The notes beneath the pieces are model-generated. The model had not been told where the DNA came from and did no database searches. It worked only from the letters and a program-made list of their open reading frames with translations. Positions 55,863 to 64,000 of a stretch of 64,000 nt of DNA are shown one piece after another (position 1 is the first letter of the stretch; each line of letters starts with the position of its first letter). The DNA is from Dehalococcoidia bacterium. GTDB lineage: Bacteria > Chloroflexota > Dehalococcoidia > Lucifugimonadales > Australimonadaceae. A program made the position numbers and the translations under genes. The stretch spans positions 1,001-65,000 of the forward strand of contig CBDFLP010000017.1 in the NCBI GenBank assembly GCA_965249325.1. Reading direction: 5' to 3'.

Positions 55863-57131
55863 CTAGCCGCGCTCCGGGCTGCGGTGGGTCTCGGGCACGA
55901 ACGCGCTGAGGATGAACGAGGAGAGCATCCCGGCGATGCCGACGATTCCGAGGGCCAGAGTGAAGCCGGAGAGCGCCGTGCAGATGGAGAAGAGCGCGGG
56001 GTTGGTCGCGAACCCCGCCTGCGTGACGGTGCGTCCGACGGCGAAGAACCGCCCTCTTGCGCCGGCAGGCGCGAGGTCGGAGCCGATGACCTGCCAGGAG
56101 CCGGTTAGCAGGCTGTTCATCGTCTGCAGTACCACGAAGCCGGCCACGAAGTAGGCGAACCCCAGCCCGACAAAGGACGTCACGCCCAAGAAGGTCATCG
56201 CGGCGCCCAGTATGGCGAGGCCGGGGACGATGGTGACCTTCCGGCCAAAGCGGTCCATCAGGTACCCGGCGGACAACGTCAGGGGTATCCCCGCCCCTGC
56301 CATCAAGCTGCTGAGAATGCCGAGCGTCCTGGGGTCGGCGTCGTACGCGTAGGAAGCGTAGACGAACACCGTGCTCCCCGCCACGACGCCGCCGCGCGCC
56401 GTCATGCCCAGCCACTGGGCAAGGAACATGATCGGTATCGGCCGGGCGAGGAGAGACTTCCACGAGAAGTCGCCGGGGGCTGGGGTCCCCTGTCCCCCGG
56501 CTCGGCGCGGCCGGGCCTCCGGCATGGTCTCTTTGACGAAGAATCCGGGCATCATCGCCACGAGCGCGAACACGCCTTGCAGGACAAACGCGACCTGCAG
56601 GCCATAGGACACGGCCACAACGCCGCCGACCAACGGCCCAGCGAGCGTACCGACGTGCTGCACGCCGAGGAGGCTCGTGATCATGCGGCCCCGGGAGGCG
56701 GACGCGTTGGTGTCGGCAATCATGGTGAGACGGCTGAGGGTCCACATCTGGGTGCCCCATCCGCCGATGAAGCGATAGATGAGCAGCTCTTCAAAAGAGC
56801 CGGCGGAAGCGGTGAGGAAGGCGGCCAGCGCGGTGATTGCCGGTCCTAGGATGAGGATGCGCCGCCGCCCGATCTTGTCCAGCAGGTAGCCGATGGGCAC
56901 GCTGGCTACGAGCCCGCCAAGCATGTTGGCCACGAACACGAGAGACGCTTGCCCCGGCCCCACCCCGAACGACTTGGCGAACTCGGGCACGACGGGGACG
57001 GTCGCCCCCATGCCGAAACCGAGGGCGATCGCGGGCAGGTGCAGCTGGAGTATGAGCCGTAGGAGCGATCGCCTAGGGGCGCCCGTACTAGCGGCGGGCG
57101 CCGGAGGCTGGTTGGGTGGGGGTTGCGTCAC
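55863..57131 (-). CDS. MFS transporter
   Basis: 12 TM segments. 'LLDKIGRRRILILG' motif A. Confidence 0.88.
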   Translation of the reverse strand: MTQPPPNQPPAPAASTGAPRRSLLRLILQLHLPAIALGFGMGATVPVVPEFAKSFGVGPGQASLVFVANMLGGLVASVPIGYLLDKIGRRRILILGPAITALAAFLTASAGSFEELLIYRFIGGWGTQMWTLSRLTMIADTNASASRGRMITSLLGVQHVGTLAGPLVGGVVAVSYGLQVAFVLQGVFALVAMMPGFFVKETMPEARPRRAGGQGTPAPGDFSWKSLLARPIPIMFLAQWLGMTARGGVVAGSTVFVYASYAYDADPRTLGILSSLMAGAGIPLTLSAGYLMDRFGRKVTIVPGLAILGAAMTFLGVTSFVGLGFAYFVAGFVVLQTMNSLLTGSWQVIGSDLAPAGARGRFFAVGRTVTQAGFATNPALFSICTALSGFTLALGIVGIAGMLSSFILSAFVPETHRSPERG

Positions 57132-57691
57132 CCCCGGAGCTTACACGCCAATCGAGGCTTCCGCCCCCGCTTGCCTAAGTCAAGCGTCAGCGACGCCCGT
57201 CACCACTGCACGAACATGGGTATGACTGGAACACAATCATTGGCTTGGGTGTTCGCACAACCCCTGTGATGAGTGAGTAGGCTGCTGGCTCGTCGCGCGA
57301 GGACTTTGCGGGTCCGCGGGCCAAGGCGCCGGCCGCTGATGCGAGGTGACGGATGGCGGCGTCGGACCAGTGCCCCACCGCGGAGCTCCGCAGCTGGCGG
57401 CGCGAGATTGCCTGCTCGCGGCTTTGTGGCAGTTTCGCGGGCGCGGCAGGCTGGCGGGCAGGAACGAGGGCTTGGGACTCGGTCATGGTTCTCAGGCTGA
57501 GACTACCACTTGGTCGGTCTTTGTGGCAGCGCCCTTGACCAGGCCCGTGCACCCCACGGATGGAAGATGCCCAAGCCCAAGGAGACTGTACTGCGAACTT
57601 TCGAGTTGGCCGTGGCGCTATGAGCCTCGGCTGCGGGATGTTCCTCAAGTGTCAGTCTTGGCCGGGTGGCTCCTAAGACTTCTTCCCAGTC

Positions 57692-60600
57692 CTATATCCG
57701 GCTGCGTCGCACCCCAACGATGAGAGCAGCTCCCGCGACTACCCCGATTACTATCACCGTGACCCACCAAGGGAATCCTCCGTCTCCGCTACCCGCCTCG
57801 GGCGACACTGGCCCCACCGTCGGCTCTGGCGTCGGGGTGACCGCAGGCTCTGGCGTCGGGGTGACCGCAGGCTCCGGCGTCGGGGGCACCGTCGGCTCCG
57901 GCGTCGGGGGCACCGTCGGCTCCGGCGTCGGGGTAGGCGTCGGCGCAGGGGTGGGAGTGGCCGTCGGCTCTGGCGTCGGGGTGACCGCAGGCTCTGGCGT
58001 CGGGGTGACCGCAGGCTCCGGCGTCGGGGGCACCGTCGGCTCCGGCGTCGGGGGCACCGTCGGCTCCGGCGTCGGGGTAGGCGTCGGCGCAGGGGTGGGA
58101 GTGGCCGTCGGCTCTGGCGTCGGGGTGACCGCAGGCTCTGGCGTCGGGGTGACCGCAGGCTCCGGCGTCGGGGGCACCGTCGGCTCCGGCGTCGGGGGCA
58201 CCGTCGGCTCCGGCGTCGGGGTAGGCGTCGGCGCAGGGGTGGGAGTGGCCGTCGGCTCCGGCGTCGGGGTTGGCGTCGGGGTTGGCGTCGGCTCCGGCGT
58301 GGGGGTTGGCGTCGGCTCCGGCGTGGGGGTTGGCGTCGGCGCAGGGGTGGGAGTGGCCGTCGGCTCCGGCGTCGGGGTTGGCTCCGGCGTCGGGGTTGGC
58401 TCCGGCTCTTCGGTCTCGTCTCCGCCCGGTTCCGACCAAGGGCTCGCTCCCTCGGCGCTGATCGCCCGCACCTGTACCTCGTAACGGGCGCCCGGTGTCA
58501 TGTTGTCCAGCGTCATGGATGTGCCAGTGCCGTCGTACCCAGCGTCTTTGAACTCCCCGTCAGCTTCCCGGTAGCGCACGCCGTAACCCGTGATCTCCGG
58601 CCCCTGGTTATCGGGCGCTGTCCAACTGACCGTTAGGCCCGTTGGGCCGCTGCTGCTCACTACTGGAGCTCCCGGCTGCAAAGGCGGCTCATCCACATCC
58701 GATACGGCAATCGTGACGTCGATCACATCACGACCACCGTAGCCATCATCCACCCTCATCCGCACCGAGTATTCGCTCCGGGTCTCATGGTCCAGCAAGA
58801 CCGTCGTAACCAGCTGTCCCGTACCAGCATCCACGTCGAAAGGCCCTCGCCCGTCACCTAACAACGAATATTGCAATGGGTCTCGATCCCTATCGATGGC
58901 TATCAGAGGCTCACCCGCCTCTGTCCCTAGCGCGGCGTCCTCCGGGACGGTCCGGGTGGCGCGGTTGCCTTCGGTGAAAAATGGTCGCCTGTTGACGGGC
59001 ACCCTCTCTCTGACCGTGACCCTGACCGTGCTCGTGTCCGCATGGCCAACGCCGTCCTGGGCCGCCACTGTGAGCGTGTAGCGTGCCGTTGTGTCGTAGT
59101 CCAATTCCCCCACCACCGTGAGGGTTCCCGTGCTCGCGCCTATCGCAAACATCCCGTCGTCGTTCCCCGCGGTGATCGCGTACGTCACCGTGTCACCGTT
59201 CGGGTCTGTCGCCGACACGGTTCCCAGGGCGACATCCTCCGCGTCTTCAGCGATGCTGAAGGCGTAGGAGGATGCCTCGAAGACCGGCGATACACACGCC
59301 GCCGTGGGCTCGCCTATCGCCTCAGATGGCTCGCTCCACGCCGCCGCATAGATCGTCCCGCTTCCGTATGCGCTCACCCGGAACCGGTAGGGACTCGCAC
59401 AGTCCAACCCGTCCACCGTGTGCGACGTGGTCGTCAGCGTCTCATCGTCGGTCGTCCAGTCCGAGTCGGTCGCACCCCGGTGCTCCACCCGGTACGCGCT
59501 CGTGTTGGACACCGCATCCCAGCTCAGATCGATGCTGAACTCGTCCGGTGTGGCGCTCAGGTCCTCCGGCGCGGGCGGCGCGCAGTAGAGTAGATTGAGG
59601 GAGCTCAGGTCGTTGGTGGCGACGTCTTCCAGCGCCACCGGTATGCAGCCCGTGAGCTGGTTCCCCGAAAGCCGGACTTCCGTCAGGTTGAACAGCAAGC
59701 CCAGCTCAGACGGAATATCTCCCGTCAGCGCGTTCGAGCTCAGGTCCAAGACCGTCAACTCGAACAGCCTCCCCAGCTCCGCCGGGATGCTCCCCGTCAG
59801 GCCCTCGCTCGATAGCTCTAAGCTCGTCACCCGACTCGGGGTTCCACTGGTCGTCACACCCTCCCAGCCCGTAATGGCGGTCTCCGCGCTCCAGTCCAGC
59901 GACCCTGTGCCCCGCAACGTGTCCTTGGCGGCCAGCAGCGCCTCGCAGTCGTGGACCAGTCCGCGGTTCACGCCCGGGTCCGCCACTGCGGTCCCGTTAT
60001 CGCAGGTCAACACGGGCGGCACCTGCGCGGGCGTGAACGTCGCCGTCTCGCCGTCGTCCGGCGTGATGTCCCCGTATGCGCCGATCTCCTCGTAGTAGTC
60101 TTGCAGATCATCTACGTGCTCGATCCGCTCGTCCGCGGACGCGTCCGACTCCGCGGCTGTCTCTATCCTGTTCTCCAGGTTGCTCAATGCCTGCGTATGG
60201 TCCGGGTCCCTTTCAGAGGTCCCGTAGCGGACGGCCTGCACCACGTCATCCTCATCTGTCTGCAGGTCCCACTGCTCCACCGCCTGCCACGCCTCCACGG
60301 CGATCGCGCTGTGCGCGCCTAACGGCGCCAGGAACACCACGCTCTCGCGGCCGTCGAGAGCGCTGTGCAGATCAGACTCCACGGCATAAACCGTAGCTGC
60401 GTTTGCAGCCGCGTAGGCAGCCTCGCTCAGCAGTTCTTCAGTGCCGTACCTGCCCGCCGTGTGCGAATCTCGGTAGAGGTCGTAGGACCGGCTCTTCGCC
60501 ATCCGGTCGTACACGACGGTCAAGGTGATCGGACCGTCGCCGACCAGATATTCTTGGACATCGTAATCTGCGTAACAGGCTAGGACCGGCCCATCCAGCA

Positions 60601-61108
60601 GGACTCCGCCGTGAGCGAGATGGTCGAAGTTGGCGCGCATGGCGTCGCGGTACTGTGGAGCCAGTTCCGCAACGTAAGTATCGAAAGTGGTTTCTATGGT
60701 CGACGGGGCGGGCAGCGATTCATCGCTGCTGAGACCCAGCCAAAACCTCAACGCCGCTTCCCTCTGATCGGGCGCCAGAGCAACGCCGCGCCAAGCACAC
60801 CGCACTGTGCCGCTGCGGGCAATGCCGCGGATAGCAATATGCGTGGGCGATGCGCCAGCCGCGTGCAGCCCGCTCTCTAGGACCTCCTCCAGGCCCGGTA
60901 TTTCGTATTCGAACGCTGCGCCGCCTATAGCAGGGTGAAAGATATGCACCCTCGACACATCTCTCGGTTGACACGATGGTCCGCTCCCCGACTTGGATTG
61001 GCAAGCGTCTCCCTGAGATGGTTGCCTTTCCTGTGCGAGATTTACGTAGGTGAACAGCCCGAGGACGAAAAGCACCACAGCGGCGGCGTATGCATGACCC
61101 TTCAACAC
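57692..61108 (-). CDS. Giant cell-surface protein: signal anchor - unknown N-domain - LRR - FN3 - cadherin-like x3 - FN3 - P/T/E tandem-repeat stalk - C-terminal TM
   Basis: GTG start. '[14 protein letters not shown]' anchor. LRR, FN3 and cadherin motifs as in 39331..40557. About 190 aa of PTPEP repeats. C-terminal '[25 protein letters not shown]'. Confidence 0.85.
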   Translation of the reverse strand: MLKGHAYAAAVVLFVLGLFTYVNLAQERQPSQGDACQSKSGSGPSCQPRDVSRVHIFHPAIGGAAFEYEIPGLEEVLESGLHAAGASPTHIAIRGIARSGTVRCAWRGVALAPDQREAALRFWLGLSSDESLPAPSTIETTFDTYVAELAPQYRDAMRANFDHLAHGGVLLDGPVLACYADYDVQEYLVGDGPITLTVVYDRMAKSRSYDLYRDSHTAGRYGTEELLSEAAYAAANAATVYAVESDLHSALDGRESVVFLAPLGAHSAIAVEAWQAVEQWDLQTDEDDVVQAVRYGTSERDPDHTQALSNLENRIETAAESDASADERIEHVDDLQDYYEEIGAYGDITPDDGETATFTPAQVPPVLTCDNGTAVADPGVNRGLVHDCEALLAAKDTLRGTGSLDWSAETAITGWEGVTTSGTPSRVTSLELSSEGLTGSIPAELGRLFELTVLDLSSNALTGDIPSELGLLFNLTEVRLSGNQLTGCIPVALEDVATNDLSSLNLLYCAPPAPEDLSATPDEFSIDLSWDAVSNTSAYRVEHRGATDSDWTTDDETLTTTSHTVDGLDCASPYRFRVSAYGSGTIYAAAWSEPSEAIGEPTAACVSPVFEASSYAFSIAEDAEDVALGTVSATDPNGDTVTYAITAGNDDGMFAIGASTGTLTVVGELDYDTTARYTLTVAAQDGVGHADTSTVRVTVRERVPVNRRPFFTEGNRATRTVPEDAALGTEAGEPLIAIDRDRDPLQYSLLGDGRGPFDVDAGTGQLVTTVLLDHETRSEYSVRMRVDDGYGGRDVIDVTIAVSDVDEPPLQPGAPVVSSSGPTGLTVSWTAPDNQGPEITGYGVRYREADGEFKDAGYDGTGTSMTLDNMTPGARYEVQVRAISAEGASPWSEPGGDETEEPEPTPTPEPTPTPEPTATPTPAPTPTPTPEPTPTPTPEPTPTPTPTPTPEPTATPTPAPTPTPTPEPTVPPTPEPTVPPTPEPAVTPTPEPAVTPTPEPTATPTPAPTPTPTPEPTVPPTPEPTVPPTPEPAVTPTPEPAVTPTPEPTATPTPAPTPTPTPEPTVPPTPEPTVPPTPEPAVTPTPEPAVTPTPEPTVGPVSPEAGSGDGGFPWWVTVIVIGVVAGAALIVGVRRSRI
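57821..58252. repeat. Three apparently identical 144-bp tandem repeats (48 aa each), continuing as degenerate 18-24-bp units to about 58400
   Basis: Unit starts at 57821, 57965 and 58109. Internal 24-bp sub-repeats (ggctctggcgtcggggtgaccgca x2, ggctccggcgtcgggggcaccgtc x2). Confidence 0.9.
59095..60030 (-). repeat. Arm 2 of the inverted gene-segment repeat (partner about 39505-40470); boundaries approximate
   Basis: See arm 1. In a roughly 210-bp stretch I compared base by base, only 5 substitutions were seen. Confidence 0.8.
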
Positions 61109-61147
61109 TGTTTGCTCATCCTTGTCGATTCCGCGGCCAGCACGACA

Positions 61148-62389
61148 TCATGGGTTACGAGTCGCTACCGGCTCGCGATATCCCAATTCGAGCGAGCCGT
61201 CTTCGCTGCGCCTAAGCAACGCACGAACATCGGAGCCGTCCGGCGCCATCGTGTACAGAGGAACTGCCTCACGCGGGTTGTACACCGCAATCCTGCTCCC
61301 GTCAGGCGACCAGGACGCATAGCCCCCAGGTACGCCGTAGTCCTCCATGAAGCGAGTGATGCCTGTCCCATCGACGTTGATTAGATAGGTGATTAGATGC
61401 CATCCGTCGATCAACAATCTGCTCCCATTGGGAGACAATTTGAGATAGCGCACCTTGACACCATCGAGCTTGGCAATCAGGCGTTCGTCGAGGCCGCCGC
61501 GGTCGGCCGAGTACAGCCAGGACGACCGCCATCTTCCGCCTACACGGTGTGCCTGCGCAAAGTAGAGGCGGTCTCCTTCTCGGGACCACGCCGGCAATGA
61601 CGGATTCCCAACAGGCGTGGAGATCACCTCGCTCTCGCTCCCGTCCCATCGAGCCGTGTAGTACCGTGCATTACGGTCGGCCTGCGTCGTTAGATAAGTG
61701 ATGCGCTGACTGTCGTCAGACCATACGATCCGGTTCAGAAAATCCACACCTAATGAACCAAGACTCCCGATGGAAAAGTGCGTCATCTCCGACCCATCAA
61801 CGCTTATCGTCACTACCTCACGTGGGTGGCCGGTCGGGTCATTTGACACAGTCACAAAAGCGAGTCGGCGACCGTCTGGAGACCAAACCGGGTAGATGGG
61901 GCCGAAACTGTTCACTAATACCGGCTCGGCAAGGAGTCGTGCTCTATCAATTGCTCGGGCTTCCATTGTTTCATCGACACTGTAGACTTCGACGTGACGT
62001 TCAATGAGCGGTTGCCCACCGCTGTAGTAGGAGCTCTGATAGGCCAGCAGGCCGTCTGGAGACAACGAAGGAGAATAGTGGGCTCTGCCTTGTTGTCCAG
62101 CGCCAAGCTCCTCCATATTGTCGCCCGCCACGCTGACGCGAAACATCCGGTCCCCATCATTCACGACGATGGCCTGACCATCCGGATACCACTGCGGCGT
62201 TCGGTCGGCATCTTCGGACTCTTTTGCTGTCGAACCAGCTTCATAGTCTGGCAGGGGTGGGCCTCCTATGGATTGAAGAGCTAAGGCGATCCAGCCAACC
62301 AAGAGCACCACTACGAAACATACTATCGTAATAGTTATCAATAGGCATTTTCCTGACCTGGCAAGCCTTGTCAGCTCTGTGTCGTCCAT
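61148..62389 (-). CDS. Membrane-anchored PD40/TolB-like beta-propeller protein (paralog of 40889..42151)
   Basis: TM 'LLITITIVCFVVVLLVGWIALAL'. Repeats 'WYPDGQAIVV', 'VWSPDGRRLAFV', 'AWSREGDRLYF', 'LSPNGSRLLI', 'SWSPDGSRIAVY'. 3-nt gap to the upstream gene. Confidence 0.8.
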   Translation of the reverse strand: MDDTELTRLARSGKCLLITITIVCFVVVLLVGWIALALQSIGGPPLPDYEAGSTAKESEDADRTPQWYPDGQAIVVNDGDRMFRVSVAGDNMEELGAGQQGRAHYSPSLSPDGLLAYQSSYYSGGQPLIERHVEVYSVDETMEARAIDRARLLAEPVLVNSFGPIYPVWSPDGRRLAFVTVSNDPTGHPREVVTISVDGSEMTHFSIGSLGSLGVDFLNRIVWSDDSQRITYLTTQADRNARYYTARWDGSESEVISTPVGNPSLPAWSREGDRLYFAQAHRVGGRWRSSWLYSADRGGLDERLIAKLDGVKVRYLKLSPNGSRLLIDGWHLITYLINVDGTGITRFMEDYGVPGGYASWSPDGSRIAVYNPREAVPLYTMAPDGSDVRALLRRSEDGSLELGYREPVATRNP

Positions 62390-62392
62390 AAT

Positions 62393-64000
62393 CTATTCCA
62401 ACTGATACAGCGCGTACACAGCAAGTATGTCAAACGGATGTGGTGAACAGTCGTGTTCATCGTCATAATTCATCACTGTGTAAGCGATACTCGGATGAGC
62501 ACGGTTATAGACAGATGAAAACGGGTTAATGATGTCTGAGTACGAGAAATTGGATGTCCCTAGGGCGTGGCCCGCTTCGTGCACTGCAGTCCGAAAGGCG
62601 TGGGTACCAAAGTCACTAGGATCCAAAACGTTATCGCCTTTATCAAGACATTGATTAAAACTAATCGCTGCAGGCCCTATTAAAGAAGCGGATAGGAATC
62701 GACTTTTCCTGAACAAGATATCTACTCCGATTCTTGATTCACCTCCTACGGTCAATTCTGTACCTCCATGTGCGTCTTCTCCGTAGGCGTGCGAGATTGT
62801 GCAGGCGGACGCGGAATAGAGTATGCATAGGCCACGTTGGTCTTCGATGAATTCCACGAACAAAGACCTGTATGCTTTTAGTAACTCATTGTCATCGACC
62901 ATGTAGATATCGTTGGTGTTGAGATTGACCTGCATTGGCTCCAGCAGCGGGACTAGTTCGGGGGGATATAAGGTTGCGTCTCTCGTGGTTGAACACTGTT
63001 CCTCGCTGTTCACCGTGGTTACGCCGGTGGCGATGGCCCATTGTTCAAATGCTCGGTCAATGACGCCAGGTTGATCAATGCCGCCGGCCGCATCAAGTGT
63101 TCCAGCCCATGCATCCCTATCAATGGCCGGAAATGTCTCACGGCATATCCGGTACTCGTATTCCTTGTTGGCCCAATGCCCGAAGAATGGGTATGTAGCA
63201 ATGCGTTCATCTTTCTGAGGGTACACTTCAGATGGCCATGCGTAAGCTTCTCTCACCGAAAAGCCCGTACCGCCAGAATACTCGTAGTTGACCTGGAACG
63301 CATAGATGTCCCCCGTATCCTTGACGCCCCCCGTTTCAAAGGTTGTCGCCAGACTAAGCCCAGCAACTCTTCGTGTGCGTATTGCTTGCCGCGGCTCCTC
63401 TGTCCAATCGCTATCTGCCGCCGGGGTTGGCCGCCAGTCAGGATCGGAATGAGGTACTCCTGAGTAATCAGGCAATTTTCGCCATCTGACCGTGTAGGCA
63501 GTCGCGTCGTCCACTTCTCCCCACTTGAGTTGCACTTGTCCTTTGCCGTCCGTCCTAGCAGTGCTGTTGCCGTTAGCGCTGCCACCGGTAAGGATCGGAT
63601 TGTCGATGATCCTCACCCACTCACTGTATGCACTATCTATGTACGGATCGGAGGCATCGGAATGGTCTGTATCGTAGATCGATCGGATTCGGTATTCATA
63701 GGACCCTCCTGGCTGCAAGTGTCCCATGCCTTCATCGGGTGAATTTCGTATCAGGTCCAATATGATGACCGCACTTGTCGCCGTCTCATTTTCGAGGTGT
63801 GGGGGTCCCCAGCCGCTCGGCCCCGACCCCGTCTTGCGCACGTCTATGTAGTGTGCCGAAGCCATCGAGTCCCCGTTCCAACTCAGCCGCGCTTTCCGCT
63901 GAAGCAAGGGCGTGATGGTGAGATTGGTGGGCGCGGTGAGTTTGCCCTGCGGCGTAGCGGAGACCTCGTCAGACCACGGGCCACATGGAAGCGACCCCAG
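62393..64000 (-). CDS. FN3-repeat metzincin-like zinc metalloprotease (5' end outside window)
   Basis: 'HEAGHALG...AHPS...TVMNY...FDILAVYALY' gives HExxH, a third His, a Met-turn and a matrixin-like tail. The frame stays open from 63907 to 64000 ('PWSDEVSATPQGKLTAPTNLTITP...'), so the ORF-track TTG start is not the true start. Confidence 0.75.
   Translation of the reverse strand: MGSLPCGPWSDEVSATPQGKLTAPTNLTITPLLQRKARLSWNGDSMASAHYIDVRKTGSGPSGWGPPHLENETATSAVIILDLIRNSPDEGMGHLQPGGSYEYRIRSIYDTDHSDASDPYIDSAYSEWVRIIDNPILTGGSANGNSTARTDGKGQVQLKWGEVDDATAYTVRWRKLPDYSGVPHSDPDWRPTPAADSDWTEEPRQAIRTRRVAGLSLATTFETGGVKDTGDIYAFQVNYEYSGGTGFSVREAYAWPSEVYPQKDERIATYPFFGHWANKEYEYRICRETFPAIDRDAWAGTLDAAGGIDQPGVIDRAFEQWAIATGVTTVNSEEQCSTTRDATLYPPELVPLLEPMQVNLNTNDIYMVDDNELLKAYRSLFVEFIEDQRGLCILYSASACTISHAYGEDAHGGTELTVGGESRIGVDILFRKSRFLSASLIGPAAISFNQCLDKGDNVLDPSDFGTHAFRTAVHEAGHALGTSNFSYSDIINPFSSVYNRAHPSIAYTVMNYDDEHDCSPHPFDILAVYALYQLE

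Noticed and set aside
57187-57648. 153-aa ORF in the 560-nt spacer between the surface-protein stop and the MFS start.
   Set aside because: Ala/Arg/Ser-rich with no motifs and no clear RBS. Left unannotated. I also found no recognisable riboswitch or promoter consensus there.
57821-58400. Possible CRISPR array. The iteron array at 50343-50562 was considered for the same reason.
   Set aside because: Units are contiguous, in-frame coding repeats with no unique spacers. The 50.3-50.6 kb array has 10-16-nt repeats with irregular short spacers, and no cas genes are present.
57666-58484. 272-aa Gly/Val/Ser-rich + strand ORF and 216-aa ORF at 57789..58439.
   Set aside because: These are antisense or off-frame translations of the 144-bp tandem repeat inside the 1138-aa gene.

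Overview
High-GC, densely coding bacterial chromosomal window. I found no rRNA, tRNA or CRISPR array by eye. Taxon cannot be assigned from sequence alone. The expansion of LLM, VOC, amidohydrolase-2, SDR and MFS paralogs and the many REP-like hairpins are reminiscent of Chloroflexota-type genomes, but that is speculation.

Layout:
(1) 0-15.9 kb is housekeeping transport and regulation: modABC, CcdA plus DUF3105, a MacB-type ABC exporter, an OmpR-type response regulator with a PhoR-like kinase, and pstSCAB-phoU.
(2) 15.9-18.9 kb is an uncharacterised four-gene membrane/secreted cluster with His-rich motifs.
(3) 19-38.5 kb is a catabolic paralog zone. It holds 2 LLM oxidoreductases, 2 Gfo/Idh/MocA, leaderless Asp-box propellers, SDR, VOC, a bicupin, ArsR+SRPBCC, an orphan EutA-like ATPase and an MFS transporter. 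It also holds a tandem pair of diiron-type ferritin-like proteins and a decayed HEPN/MNT module.
(4) 38.5-64 kb looks accessory and rearranged. A truncated LRR-FN3-cadherin surface-protein gene lies next to an IS-like transposase stub and a PD40 propeller. A near-identical inverted copy of that gene segment sits about 19 kb away inside an intact 1138-aa surface protein. That protein is co-transcribed with a second PD40 propeller and an FN3-metzincin protease, in visibly lower-GC DNA. Between the two copies are more catabolic paralogs, an intact HepT/MntA toxin-antitoxin pair and very dense REP-like repeat clusters. There is also a CHC2-Zn-finger/RepA-like ATPase gene followed by an iteron-like array of GGGGAAC-T(n)-CAC repeats.

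Several genes carry single-base frameshifts or a nonsense codon. These may be real decay or homopolymer assembly errors. All functional calls come from motif recognition by eye; no database search was possible.
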